From assembly GCA_009859145.1 (NCBI GenBank), contig VRVR01000008.1, forward strand, positions 133,494-197,493: DNA of 64,000 nt, read 5' to 3'. Both the position numbers and the translations under genes were made by a program. Each line of letters begins with the position of its first letter. The first letter of the stretch is position 1. Shown piece after piece: positions 42,412 to 53,600 of this stretch. This DNA is from Andalucia godoyi And28. Taxonomy: Eukaryota > Protista > Jakobida. The notes beneath the pieces are model-generated. The model was not told where the DNA came from. It searched no databases and worked only from the letters and a program-made list of their open reading frames with translations.

Positions 42412-45400
42412 TTACTCCTCGTCTTCGTCATCGTCAAGTAAGTTTTTGGATCGTGTAGCAGCCCGCTTTGACGTCCGCGAAGACTGTGACTTTGCTGGAA
42501 CTGCAGCTGCGATCACTTGTTTCCGGCTGCGAGAGGATCGTGCTTTTGGTACCACCGCTGCCTCCTCCCCTTCCTCCTGCAACTGCTCTTCTTCTTCTTC
42601 TTCTTCTTCCTCATCATCATCATCACCACCATCGCCTTCTTGATGCGCATCGTGTTCATCATCATCACCTTCTTCGTCGTCGGACTCGACTTTCTTCTGA
42701 CTTCGTCCACGGCCACTTGTCCTTTTAGGTGCTGTTGCTTTTCCTCGCGCTGAACGGGCAGCGCGTTTCTTCGGAATCTCAACAGTTTCTTCTTGCTCAT
42801 GCAGCTGCTCGGCAGCTTTGGAGTCTGCTTCAATTGGCGAGTCTGCGACCGCGGAACGAGCCACACTTCCGCGACTGAGCCGCCGAGGTTCGCGAGTAGC
42901 CAACTTTGCCTTTTGTTCACCGTCCATGTTGTTCAGCGCTTCTTCACGCGACCTGGCAATCTTTTGCTCAAAATCATCATATAGAACCTTGGACTCTGCT
43001 TTGGAGAACTTCCGCATCTTGCTGATGATCGCAAGGAATGACTCGAAGGACTCGTCATCCACGAGCGCGTCTTGGTAGTTCTTGAAATTCTCGGTCAACT
43101 TCTTGAATGTCTTATCGGAATAGGAAAACAGCGACAGCGCAAAAGAAAGGCACTTCCAGGTATGTGCACTTTGGGACCGAAATCGCACACAAATCTTCTC
43201 TACAAGTGCCTCAGTCTGCCGCTCCTTGTCCACGATGTACTCGCCAATCAAGTGCCGGGACACGTTCTGGAACGCAGAAACGGGAAAGGCCTCGTCAGCA
43301 GACAGAGCGCCGAAAATGTCTGGGAGAATGTTGTACACATTATTCGAAGACTTCGTGGACATTTCTTTGAAGAAGAGTCTGGCCAGGCTTGCGATGCGGA
43401 CATCCGGATCTTCTAATAATTTGGCAATTTGTGCACCATGGTCCTTAATCTTGATCATGTCGTTCAGCAGCAAGTGTGAGATTACCATAAAGGACGTTTT
43501 TCGCACAAACGTGTTCCGATCGGACAGGCGGTGGAACAAATATGGAGACCACGGTTCAAGGACATTCGGAAAGCGGAAGCACATGTCACCCAGCGCAACG
43601 GCAATGTTAGCGCGAACAGATTGATCCCGGGAGTTTTCGAGGTTCGTAACCAGGACCTGGAGATTTTGCATGCAGTAATCACGATTCAATGCCATCAGCT
43701 TTGACAGTGCGACAGTGACCGCAATACGAACCCTCTCCTCCAAGTCGTGCAACACGGAAGGGACAATGCACGCCTTCAAATGCGGCACAACATCGGAAAC
43801 AAGCTGATTTTGCGTCACCAGCTTCGCCAGCGCCCTCTCCTTCTCGGCGTCAATTTCTGCCAGCATGGCTCCCACCTGATCAAGCTCCTTCTGGATACCA
43901 GATCCTGCCTCCGCTTCGGAATCGCGCAAGATACGATGCTTCTTTTCGTCGAAATTCTTCTCCGTCGCAACATACTCCCGGAAGCAGAAATGTGCAACCG
44001 CGTGCAATGTGGACGCTGCCAAATTGGGATTCGCAGAGCGAATGATTTCCACGAAAGCAGCGGAAGTAGGAGATTCTGAACGGTCGCTATCAGCAGAAAC
44101 AACCGCCGAAGACTGCACTTGATTCCATGCGCTGGACACAAAGTTGAAAACGAGCTTCGAGGGATCTTCGCAAAGGGCGTAAACGGCATCAAAGCACTTG
44201 GTGAGCGCTTCGTAATCCATGTCCCCGGACTCCATCATGACTCTGCAGATTTGCAGCATCTGATCAAACAGTTTGTGGTTGGCAGCATACTTTTCAATTT
44301 GCACAGGCATTCCTGGCAATGCGGAAGTACCAAACTTGGACAGGGCACTGCAACCAACTTTGAACAAAAACGGTTCCTGAACGGCGCGGGGACCAAAGGA
44401 CACTTCGGTAAGGGATTTCATTCTTGTTTGCACAATGCTGGGGCGTCCAGCAGCCAGCATCGACAGCAGCAAAAGTGCACACTGGCTTTCCTCCGCCGTC
44501 CACGACGGTGCCATGTGTTCTGTCTCTGCGCGGCACGCCGCATCCCAAAGAACATGGACCAGTTTATGCCGCTCGTCCACGGGACCGTACTTTGCAGCGC
44601 GTGAGGCATCATTGTTGTTCACGTCTTCAACGGACCGCTTCTCAACTCCTCCATTAACAGCAAGGCGCTTCAAGATTTCTTCCAGTGAGGTCACCTCGGC
44701 AATATCTGCACGGTTCAGCATGCCCAGCAACCGTCGAACGGATTCCGCACATCCGCTATCCTCGCGAACAAACAAATCGCGGAAGCATTCGATGACAGTC
44801 CGACGCACCGCTTCGTCGTGAGAAAAGGCCAGAACAAACATCTTTCGAATCCCAGCCTCGGCGCTTTCCATGTGAAACGAGTATGCAACCTTGAAAAATC
44901 GAACTGCCTCTGCAGCGTCCGACGACGTAGACGATCCTAGCAAGTGGACGGCCTCCAGCAATGCAGCCTCCAGTTTCTTCAGGAAGCGAATGCCTTCCTG
45001 TGCATCATGAATGACGGCGAGCATTTTGTGATAAGAGTCCGGCTTGTCAGACACCGAAGGAACATGTTCGGTTTCAACCACGTCAATGGGCGTGTCGCCC
45101 AGGCCCGCTTCCTCCGCTTGCACGACAGTCTTTTGCCTTGAATCCAAATCCAGAATCTCTCCATACTGTTTCTTGAACTGCTCTTCCAATATTCGCAACC
45201 GCTCCTCAGCAACCGATCGCTTCAGAATGGGTCCGAAGGGCTGGAACTCAAGAAGAGAGCCCAGACATGCGCACGCGGCGCGTCGAACAAAAGCAGACTT
45301 GTCCAACAAGCGAGAACTGCAATGAAATGCGACATCAACAAGCTTGTCTCGAGGGACGCACTTGTGTTCGATTAGGAAGCCCCATGTTTGACAAACAACA

Positions 45401-46593
45401 GATCGCACATACGCATTCTGGTCTCGAAAACGCTCGAACAGGATGGAAAAATAGTCTTCTCGATACTTTGTAAAATCATGTCCTTCTGTCCCGGAATATG
45501 CATAGATGATGTGGCCAAGTGTTGAAATGATGGCATTGCGAATCGTGTATGCTTGGCAATTGAGGAATGGCAGGAGCGACCCCATTGCTCGCAGGATTTG
45601 CTTAGGAATTCCTTCCCCGACTTGCTTGAGAAACGTAGCCAAATTTTTGACTCCGCCAGCAGCATCATTCGCAAAGTCTGCCGGATCCAATCTCCCGATC
45701 TGTCGAATCAAGTCTCGAATGAAATCCTCCCCGTTGTTCTCGGAAACCTTGCGCATGACATCGGCCAAATACACGGGGTTCTGCTCCTTTTCTGATTTGA
45801 ACAAGACACGGAGCAGCGACGCAACAAATCCGTCCGAGTTTCTCATCGACGCCAACACGTGTGAAAAAACCGATGCAATGTAATCCAGCATCTCCTTATC
45901 TGCAAAGACGAGCTCACTTTCGATGACCGAGAGAACCCCGGAAGCCACGTTTCCTACAAGATCGTCATCAATTTTTTCGGACCCAAAAACACGCGGTACG
46001 TCCATGACGTCGAACATGCCTGCGACTCGCTTCATGAGCTCGCATTTCGCACGTACAACATCGAAGCCAAACACCGCAGTGACACCACCAGAAGCGTTCT
46101 TCTTTGCTTTTGACCCTCTTCCAGTAGTTGTGGTTGGCATTTCCGTAGCCGCGACTTTTGCATGTTCGATATCCATTTGGACTACAAGCCATACCGACAG
46201 AAACAAGTAGATCTTCACGGCAATTTTGTGGATCGCGAATACTTTGAGGACGGCATCCGATTCATCTGTCTTAGGAACGGACTGAAGCCGAACAAGATCA
46301 TTTGTCATCTTTTGGAACTGCTCAATGACGACAGAAACCAGGTCTTTTCGAACATCTGGAGGCAAATGCTCGAATCGCTTAATGAGAACGTACAGTTTGA
46401 CCAGGTTCGGTTGGTCGGTGATCGAGACCGACTTGTTTGACAGCGCCACGTGCACTTCCTGGAGAGTATCGCGCGGATGGGAAGGCATATCATCTTGACG
46501 AGGAATGTAGTACTGACTCGGCTTGCGCTGCGAGCTGTCCACAGGCTCTTCTAGCTCCACCGGATGGATCGGGACTTGAAAAACAATATCCAT
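42412..46593 (-). CDS. NCAPD2: Condensin I subunit CAP-D2/Cnd1 (HEAT repeats)
   Basis: RFRDQNAYVRS..Q, DKSAFVRRAA, VRANIAVALGDMCFRFPN..EPW, L.LNDMIKIK, YNILPDI; acidic tail. Confidence 0.94.
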   Translation of the reverse strand: MDIVFQVPIHPVELEEPVDSSQRKPSQYYIPRQDDMPSHPRDTLQEVHVALSNKSVSITDQPNLVKLYVLIKRFEHLPPDVRKDLVSVVIEQFQKMTNDLVRLQSVPKTDESDAVLKVFAIHKIAVKIYLFLSVWLVVQMDIEHAKVAATEMPTTTTGRGSKAKKNASGGVTAVFGFDVVRAKCELMKRVAGMFDVMDVPRVFGSEKIDDDLVGNVASGVLSVIESELVFADKEMLDYIASVFSHVLASMRNSDGFVASLLRVLFKSEKEQNPVYLADVMRKVSENNGEDFIRDLIRQIGRLDPADFANDAAGGVKNLATFLKQVGEGIPKQILRAMGSLLPFLNCQAYTIRNAIISTLGHIIYAYSGTEGHDFTKYREDYFSILFERFRDQNAYVRSVVCQTWGFLIEHKCVPRDKLVDVAFHCSSRLLDKSAFVRRAACACLGSLLEFQPFGPILKRSVAEERLRILEEQFKKQYGEILDLDSRQKTVVQAEEAGLGDTPIDVVETEHVPSVSDKPDSYHKMLAVIHDAQEGIRFLKKLEAALLEAVHLLGSSTSSDAAEAVRFFKVAYSFHMESAEAGIRKMFVLAFSHDEAVRRTVIECFRDLFVREDSGCAESVRRLLGMLNRADIAEVTSLEEILKRLAVNGGVEKRSVEDVNNNDASRAAKYGPVDERHKLVHVLWDAACRAETEHMAPSWTAEESQCALLLLSMLAAGRPSIVQTRMKSLTEVSFGPRAVQEPFLFKVGCSALSKFGTSALPGMPVQIEKYAANHKLFDQMLQICRVMMESGDMDYEALTKCFDAVYALCEDPSKLVFNFVSSAWNQVQSSAVVSADSDRSESPTSAAFVEIIRSANPNLAASTLHAVAHFCFREYVATEKNFDEKKHRILRDSEAEAGSGIQKELDQVGAMLAEIDAEKERALAKLVTQNQLVSDVVPHLKACIVPSVLHDLEERVRIAVTVALSKLMALNRDYCMQNLQVLVTNLENSRDQSVRANIAVALGDMCFRFPNVLEPWSPYLFHRLSDRNTFVRKTSFMVISHLLLNDMIKIKDHGAQIAKLLEDPDVRIASLARLFFKEMSTKSSNNVYNILPDIFGALSADEAFPVSAFQNVSRHLIGEYIVDKERQTEALVEKICVRFRSQSAHTWKCLSFALSLFSYSDKTFKKLTENFKNYQDALVDDESFESFLAIISKMRKFSKAESKVLYDDFEQKIARSREEALNNMDGEQKAKLATREPRRLSRGSVARSAVADSPIEADSKAAEQLHEQEETVEIPKKRAARSARGKATAPKRTSGRGRSQKKVESDDEEGDDDEHDAHQEGDGGDDDDEEEEEEEEEQLQEEGEEAAVVPKARSSRSRKQVIAAAVPAKSQSSRTSKRAATRSKNLLDDDEDEE

Positions 46594-47008
46594 TCCGTCT
46601 GTTTGAAAAATACGTTCCTTCTTTTTCTTATTTTGACTAATTCAAAAGAGAAAGAAATAAACCACAAATTCTACAAGGGTTTGGATGAACGGGATATGTA
46701 GTATTTAAGTATGGTCAAAACAAAACCTTATAATAAAATGGAGAAAGGGGAAGTTGCTGATGCATTTCGAAATTCAGCGTCCGTTCAGAGAAAGGCTTCT
46801 GGGAAAAAATGCGCGGGCGAGGTTTTCCAATTGCGGCACAGTAACGGTCTAGCATCACATACGGAGAGTTGAGGCTAGCGTGTCGTCCAGATTCCACACT
46901 GTCACTTGAAGAGCAGCGCCTTTTATGCATGCTCAACAAGCTGTTTTGAGAGGGCTGAGTGTGTGAGGAACCGCAACAGCACAGCAGCACAACAGCACAA
47001 AGCACGGA

Positions 47009-47443
47009 ATGTCTGGGAGTGCAAAGAGACCGATTGATGAGTATCCGGAGCATCAGATTCTGCCAGGAGTAACAATCACTGATTTCCGTAACTCCACAGA
47101 TCTGAACGCTGATTTGCAGCACTCGAGAGAGGAATCGGCGCACAGCGGTGGTGGTGATGGCGGTGGTGAGGAATCCGGGGTTCTTCTTCTTCTTCAAGCT
47201 GCGATTGAGCGGATAGAAACGGCTCTGTTCCACTTGCGGCGATCAAACCAAGAAATGCACGAGTACGATCCGGAAGGAAAGGACCCTGAGCTGGTGGACG
47301 CCATTGCCGAGAACGTCATTGTCATGCAGAGATATGAATCCAAAGTTGAGGAGCTTCGAAGAGAACTCGGGATCCATGCCCCGTGTGCTGCGGCGTCGCA
47401 GCCGGCCGAGAGTAACTCGTCGCGGGACGGACTGGATGTCTAG
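47009..47443 (+). CDS. Small helical-hairpin protein of unknown function
   Basis: 144 aa; ALFHLRRSNQEM...DPELVDAIAEN..V..R...K...L pattern resembles a conserved uncharacterised eukaryotic family (recalled, not verified). Confidence 0.7.
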   Translation: MSGSAKRPIDEYPEHQILPGVTITDFRNSTDLNADLQHSREESAHSGGGDGGGEESGVLLLLQAAIERIETALFHLRRSNQEMHEYDPEGKDPELVDAIAENVIVMQRYESKVEELRRELGIHAPCAAASQPAESNSSRDGLDV

Positions 47444-47814
47444 GAATGGGAGAACCCTGCTCCCGTTTCCTGTTGTCCGTAGTCCTGTCCTGTTGGGGGA
47501 GCCCCGCATCGTTTCCGTGAGTTCCATGTCTGCTTATACATCCTACCTGTCCGATCCTTTCACGCGTTCTTGCTGGTGATGGCTGATGAGAGAGAGGTTT
47601 GCGGGCTCCGGACCTTCACCATCAATCTGTCTGCCAGCGTGTGCGTTGAGAGAGATTAAATGTTCCCAATCGAATGCATAAACAGCCAACAAGTAATTGT
47701 TAATTGTGTGTGATACGTGTGTACCTGTGTGCGTCTGTATATATATTTTTGCTCTGCCTTGTGTGTGCTGAGCGTCGTAACCGGAGTTGTTTCGTGCCGA
47801 TCAATTCGACACAC

Positions 47815-50800
47815 ATGGCCGACAAGCTGTATTCGCCCAGCCCGCCGGTTTCGGCAAGGTATGCCCCGCCGTCCGCCTCGATGTTTTCCTCAAATCATAA
47901 TAACAGTGGTGCAATGTATGACCCGTACGCAAATACACCGAGAGCAACGCTCATCCCGTTTCGGCCGCCTCCAGTTCATGTCGAAGAGGAGTTCAAACGA
48001 TCGAATGATTTTCGAAAGGAAGCCCAGTTGGAGATGCAGGTGCAGCGAGATGCTCTGGAAGGTCGAACTGACTCGGGTCTTCTTCCACGGCGGGAATCCT
48101 TTCCACAGCCAATGAGCAAGAGAACGAAGATTTTTGTTGCTGTGGCTGTGATCCACATGGTTGTGTTGTGGATGATTGCGGCCGTGCTGGCGTATAATTT
48201 TTGGTATACGTGGACTGTGGATCACCAGCAATATGCGGTGCTTGATCAATTGCGAGCGCTGAGCGTTCAGTCCGAGCGTCTTCTTCTTTTTTCCATGGGT
48301 AATCAGAATCCAATTGTCCGTTCCGAGCACGGGTCCTCTGTGGTTGAAGTTTCTGCGCCATTGTCGTTTTCTGCCGTCGTGCTAAGATCCAACAACTACT
48401 TTTCCACGTCGCTGAATTCCACCGCGGATGGTCAGATTGTGTTGAAACGAAATGAGTCCATTCTCTTGCAGAGTTCGACGGCGGATCATCGGACATGGCT
48501 CAATGGAAATCTGACGCTGGAGTACGTGGACGCCACGACCTGGGCTGTTTCGCATCTGTACACTCCCCGCGATGCTTCCCATCTTCACGTGCTTGGGCAC
48601 CAGCATTCGTCGCTTCGGTCTGCATCCTCAGACGTTCTTCGTGCATTGTATCAATTGCGCTTCAAAGACGGGGAGTTTGCCATCAGTCGAAACAGCAGCG
48701 ATATCCTGCAGATTTTGGACGGTTCTATTTCGATGCAAACCGAGCTGAATGGCGGAACTCTGTGGATGAACAGAATCCGATTCTCTCGCGACTCTCTCTT
48801 TGTCTACAATATGAGTTTAACCCCCCTGTCTCTGACGTCGAATGCGACCCAGTCCCCGTTTTTGATTTCATCGGAAGGAGGCCTTGTTCTCCGAACACCG
48901 CGCACGAACCGCAGTGATGCAGGTCCTGCATACGCGCCGCCAGCAGCCCCCACAGTGGTTGTCTCGACGAATGGTCTCATCATGAATACATCAAAGGTTT
49001 CTTGGAACGCACCGACGTCGTGGTATCGTGTGGGGGCAGATGATTTCTTTTTGCACGTGACAAATAGCACTGCTGCGTCTGGTTCTCTCGCAACAATTAC
49101 GACCTTTCATTCCACGAACCTATCCAAGCCGCTGTCCACCCTGTCACTGAGCTCGTTCGTCGTGGATGTAAAGGACGTGTTTCTGACGTCGATTCATGGG
49201 GAGGAAATGGTTCTGCAATCCCCGTCGATGGATACGCAGCTGAAGATTGGGCAGCTGAAGATTCGATCCGTGGATTCAACTCGAGTTGTCACAGTTTCGC
49301 AAGAAGATGTGCCGCGTATTCTCATGTCTCCAGGCAATTTGATTATTAATTCCTCTACGATAGTAGCGCAGCGAGTTGTCGTGTTCCCTCGGGCGGATGC
49401 GACGACTGTCTTGGGAAGCCCGGCAGTCGGCTATGACCTGACCATTTTTGCTGCCAACCAGACAATGCAGACAAACACAACGCTGATCGATTTTGAAAGA
49501 TCGTTCGGACGCATCGACAGCATTGACACGATTATGATGTACTCTTCTGTCGGCTCGATGTACATGGACACGTTGTATCCACTCAGAGCTGTCGACCGCC
49601 ACTCGATCCGGGGTTCGGTTCGGAACATTACGTCTTTCTCTGACATGCAGCTCTACTGGTCGAATTCAACGTTTCACACAACAACTGGGGGTGTGACGAT
49701 CCTCGTTTCCAACAGATCTGAGGCACTCTACGTCCAAGGGTCGCAGCGAATTGTTGCTGGCTGGCTGCGATTGGAAGGCCAAAGCTCGGTGATTGCGGGG
49801 CGGTGCATGGAAATTGATTTCAACAGAACCACAATTGCTTCGTTTGCGTCTCCAGTGCTGTCGATCTCTGCCCCGAATATATCCATCCTTGCTCTGCAGA
49901 ATATCAATCTGCAATCGGAGAACATGGCTGCACGAGTGGGATCCGTTTCTGTGGTGGTGCAGAGTACGTTCAACATGACAGCATCTGGAGGCTTGTTTGT
50001 ATCGTCCCCGGCTTCTCTGTTTGCGGATGTCAACACCGTTGACGTGAATTCAACTAACTTTTTGTTGAAAAGTTCTCGAGATATTCTGTTTAGAGCGTCG
50101 AATGGAAACCGAGATGCGACGTTTGAAATGCTCCCCAATGGGCAAATTTTAATCTCTGGTTTCGTCTCCATCTTGAATGGAAACGTCAGTGCGGATGCGT
50201 CTTCCATCCGCCTCAACTCGACATCTGCGGTGTCCGTTGTTGGTTCGTCTTCTGTCATCGCGAGCTCGCCCTTGATTCAGCTCTCGTCTATATCCGCCTC
50301 GCAGTCTTCTTTTTTTACGCAGAATGCATCCACTATTTCCATAAGCACCGGTGCGCTGTTGTTCAATGTGTCCGCGGCAATGACCTTCAACGACGCAATT
50401 TTCCTGGGACAAACGACGTCGAGGCTTTCGCGCGGAGCAGGAGGGTATGTAGAGTTCTCTTCCGCAGGGACACCCGGGGCCACGTTGACCTCGCCGAATA
50501 TAATGGTCACCTCACCGAACCTGACTCTGGAGTTCTCCTCTCTGCGAGTATCGTACGTCTCCGTAAGCAATGTTCCGACGTTGCAATTGCTGAATGTAAA
50601 CTCGTCGGTGTCGCCGATCGCACTTGTGGCGGGCGGGTCATCGTTCCGGATCTATCGTCAAGATAGTCTCACCGCGCAGCCAGGTGGTCTGACGAGCTTG
50701 GAAGGGCAGTCTGCGTGTCCTGGATGCGGATCAGGGGGCTCTCTCTCGTTGCATGCTGGAGACGGGCATTCATCATCGTCAACCGATTCGGGAGGCCACG

Positions 50801-51903
50801 TCATTGTCACAGCTGGAAATGGCACTTCCAGTGCAATGGGAGGCTCCATCTATCTGCGTGCGGGAGGGAACGCAAACGTTGCAGCGAGCTCTGGGTCGAT
50901 CTATCTCCAAGCTGGATATTCAGCAACGTCTCGAGGCTCCGTTGTGGTAGAGTCTGGAGTATTTGGAGTATTTGCCAAGTCTGGATCCGCAGTTTCGTCC
51001 TTGTCTGTCACCGGCACGACCGTGGATGTTGGGACTGCCGATGGAAATGTTCGCATAACTGCTCAAGGACTCAGTCTGGATTCTCCTACCATCCGAATGG
51101 GCGCGAACTCGACGGTCGGTGGGACGTCCTTGTACGGATCACTTCGCGTCATTGGTACCAGTTTTGCAATTGCCAACTCGTCAGACTACGCAGATCTGAC
51201 CAGTACGGATGCGCTCTTCTCGCTTTCCAAGAAGACGGTGTATGTACGATCTCCTGCATCCCCCGGGACCTCCATCACGATCGGGACGAGCAACGCAGAC
51301 TCGTCATCCACTCCAACCGACAGCGTGTCGATCCGAGCCGCCACTATTGTTCTTTATTCGCAAGACGTGTCTGTGGGTGCGCGTGTGGAGGTCTCGTCGA
51401 CTCACACTTACCTCCGTGTTCCCTCGGGATCCGATGTCAAGGTATCCGGTGGGAATCTTGATGTGACGAATGGAAAACTGCGAGAAGGTGGTTTGGATCT
51501 GATCCCGACGAACTCGGTAATCATGTTCAAAGGAATCGCTTGTCCCGCCGGATACTCGGAATTGACAGAAGGACGCGGCCGATCGGTGTTTGGGATGCCG
51601 ACGCAAGCGAGTGGTCAGTGGTCCGACTACAATCCGCAGCAAGGCACCGCCATTCCGTTTCCTCCTTCCTCGACCACACGGTCGTTTGTCGTTCCGCCTC
51701 AGAATCCAGTCGTCTCTGTCTCGCATACGCACGGTAGCACCGCAGTGTGCAGCACGGGTTGCTTCAATGACCTTACGGTATCCGTGGCGGTTCCGTCTTT
51801 TTCCGGATCGTCAGTGGCTCCAGTTGTGCAATCCTCTACCAATTCTGTTAATGTCCACGACATTATCCCCGGCATTTACCTACTCCTCTGCGTCAAATCG
51901 TAA
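47815..51903 (+). CDS. Type II membrane protein with long beta-rich ectodomain, tail-fibre/collar-like C-terminus
   Basis: Single TM (IFVAVAVIHMVVLWMIAAVLAYNFW) after about 100 cytosolic residues; many N-x-S/T sequons; GGS.xL.AG.G repeats; KLREGGLDLIPTNSVIMFKG.ACPAGY collar-like motif; SHTHG. Start at 47815 is inferred. Confidence 0.8.
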   Translation: MADKLYSPSPPVSARYAPPSASMFSSNHNNSGAMYDPYANTPRATLIPFRPPPVHVEEEFKRSNDFRKEAQLEMQVQRDALEGRTDSGLLPRRESFPQPMSKRTKIFVAVAVIHMVVLWMIAAVLAYNFWYTWTVDHQQYAVLDQLRALSVQSERLLLFSMGNQNPIVRSEHGSSVVEVSAPLSFSAVVLRSNNYFSTSLNSTADGQIVLKRNESILLQSSTADHRTWLNGNLTLEYVDATTWAVSHLYTPRDASHLHVLGHQHSSLRSASSDVLRALYQLRFKDGEFAISRNSSDILQILDGSISMQTELNGGTLWMNRIRFSRDSLFVYNMSLTPLSLTSNATQSPFLISSEGGLVLRTPRTNRSDAGPAYAPPAAPTVVVSTNGLIMNTSKVSWNAPTSWYRVGADDFFLHVTNSTAASGSLATITTFHSTNLSKPLSTLSLSSFVVDVKDVFLTSIHGEEMVLQSPSMDTQLKIGQLKIRSVDSTRVVTVSQEDVPRILMSPGNLIINSSTIVAQRVVVFPRADATTVLGSPAVGYDLTIFAANQTMQTNTTLIDFERSFGRIDSIDTIMMYSSVGSMYMDTLYPLRAVDRHSIRGSVRNITSFSDMQLYWSNSTFHTTTGGVTILVSNRSEALYVQGSQRIVAGWLRLEGQSSVIAGRCMEIDFNRTTIASFASPVLSISAPNISILALQNINLQSENMAARVGSVSVVVQSTFNMTASGGLFVSSPASLFADVNTVDVNSTNFLLKSSRDILFRASNGNRDATFEMLPNGQILISGFVSILNGNVSADASSIRLNSTSAVSVVGSSSVIASSPLIQLSSISASQSSFFTQNASTISISTGALLFNVSAAMTFNDAIFLGQTTSRLSRGAGGYVEFSSAGTPGATLTSPNIMVTSPNLTLEFSSLRVSYVSVSNVPTLQLLNVNSSVSPIALVAGGSSFRIYRQDSLTAQPGGLTSLEGQSACPGCGSGGSLSLHAGDGHSSSSTDSGGHVIVTAGNGTSSAMGGSIYLRAGGNANVAASSGSIYLQAGYSATSRGSVVVESGVFGVFAKSGSAVSSLSVTGTTVDVGTADGNVRITAQGLSLDSPTIRMGANSTVGGTSLYGSLRVIGTSFAIANSSDYADLTSTDALFSLSKKTVYVRSPASPGTSITIGTSNADSSSTPTDSVSIRAATIVLYSQDVSVGARVEVSSTHTYLRVPSGSDVKVSGGNLDVTNGKLREGGLDLIPTNSVIMFKGIACPAGYSELTEGRGRSVFGMPTQASGQWSDYNPQQGTAIPFPPSSTTRSFVVPPQNPVVSVSHTHGSTAVCSTGCFNDLTVSVAVPSFSGSSVAPVVQSSTNSVNVHDIIPGIYLLLCVKS

Positions 51904-52414
51904 ATATAACCGCGTTTTTTTTGTTTTTTTTTGCTCGAAGTCCGTTTGTGTACACTATCAAATACCGGAATCCACCTGCATTGTACACAGATTATCCATG
52001 GCCACCGGCTGAGGATGCATCCTCAATGTCGGCCGCTTGTCGTTTCAAAGCCATCCCTCGGCGTCTGCGAATTTTCGGAAGCGGAACGTGATCCGTCGCT
52101 TTCCCAGGGGATGGGGTGGGGGTGGGGGGAAGCGCGAAGCTGCAGCTCGAAGTTTGTGCACAGGGTCTTTCTTTTCTCGACCATCCGAAAAACACAGTCA
52201 GTTCACCTGCCGTCCTGTCGGCGGAATAACAGAACGATCGTAAACAAAATAAAAAAACAAGGCGCCGATCGTCAACGACAGCGTGTCCGCGGGCGTGACA
52301 TTGCGGGGATTCCAAAGTTTACACAAAACCACCCCAAAGGGAAAATAGGGAGCACAAGAAGAACACAGCGAGTCAGTCAGGAAGTCGTGTGTGAGTGAGT
52401 GAGTGCGAGGTGTA

Positions 52415-52657
52415 ATGAATGGGCCTAATCTTCCGTCGTTCCGAGCCCAAGTAGTGCAAAATCGCATTCAAGCCAAGCGGTCGATGCAGCAAACCAAGGA
52501 TTTCCTCGTGTCTCTCCCGCCCGTTGACGAATCGGCTCTGGACAGCTACGAAGACTTTCTTTCCAGCCTACCGCCTCCCGCGAAGATTGTCCTTCCCATC
52601 AGAAAGTCAATGGAATCTCCAAAGTCGAAAAAGATGATGTCCCCACAACGTTCATAG
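52415..52657 (+). CDS. Small hypothetical protein (80 aa)
   Basis: Protein-like ORF (MNGPNLPSFRAQ...) followed by an AT-rich 3' region. Confidence 0.4.
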   Translation: MNGPNLPSFRAQVVQNRIQAKRSMQQTKDFLVSLPPVDESALDSYEDFLSSLPPPAKIVLPIRKSMESPKSKKMMSPQRS

Positions 52658-53147
52658 CACCATTGTTTATTACGTAATTTAACAAATTTCAAAAAAATAA
52701 AAATAAAAATAAAAATAAAAATAAAACATAACAGATCGACTCATTCATCTTTACGCAACCTATTCGCTTGCGATTTCTCTGCATTTTAAATATTATTAAA
52801 ATTTAAAAAAAAAACCGCTAATATAACGCAAAAGAGCAACCAGACTAGGAACGAACGAGTCGAGTCGTCGTGCTTTCTGCAAATCTGTGTGTCTTTTGGC
52901 CGCAGTTTGGGCAGCTGGCGGGCATTTCGGTTTTTTGGGAAAAGAAGTGATGCTTATGCTTGATGGTAGATATGCTTTCGACCTCGATTCGGGGCCGTTT
53001 TTTCCCTTTCAGTTTCGGGACGTTTCTTTTTATTCTTCATTCATTTATTATCACTTTGTACTGTTTGTATTGTTTGCATTGTTTGCATTGTTTGTTTTGT
53101 TTGTTTGATTGAGGAAGCAAGGTACAAGGATCAAGTTGATTGATTGA

Positions 53148-53600
53148 ATGCCTCCCAAGAAAGCAGAGCCTGTTCCCGAGGTTCCTCCGGAGCCTGCCGC
53201 GCCTGCCGAGCCACAGTCTGGCAGTTCATCGTACGTGAAGCCGTCTCATGATGCAAAGTATGTTGGCGAATGGCAGATTTTCGATGGTGTTCGGATGCGC
53301 CATGGCCGCGGGATCTACACCGAAGGTGCACAGTCGTACGATGGCGAGTTCCAGAAAGACGCAATGCATGGATTCGGCATGTTGAAATTTGCCAGTGGTG
53401 CATCGTATGAAGGATCTTTTGAAATGGGGCAGTTTTCAGGAAAGGGGAAGTACGTGTGGGCCGACGGCGCCAGATATGAAGGACAGTGGAGAAATGGGAA
53501 GATGCATGGATCCGGCATCTATCACGATGGAAACGGTAAAGAGTTCCGAGGACAGTTTGCAAACGGAGTCGGCCCCGGACTCTATCAGCACGTCCATTAA
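53148..53600 (+). CDS. MORN2: MORN-repeat protein, MORN2-like
   Basis: Repeated YxGEW/F..G.MHG.G motifs after an MPPKK Pro-rich start. Confidence 0.8.
   Translation: MPPKKAEPVPEVPPEPAAPAEPQSGSSSYVKPSHDAKYVGEWQIFDGVRMRHGRGIYTEGAQSYDGEFQKDAMHGFGMLKFASGASYEGSFEMGQFSGKGKYVWADGARYEGQWRNGKMHGSGIYHDGNGKEFRGQFANGVGPGLYQHVH

Noticed and set aside
47704-47814. Track-predicted N-terminal extensions (also 14315-14443, 6556-6699, 39247-39396, 8126-8311)
   Set aside because: They start at TTG/GTG or run through simple repeats; the first ATG downstream gives the more plausible start.
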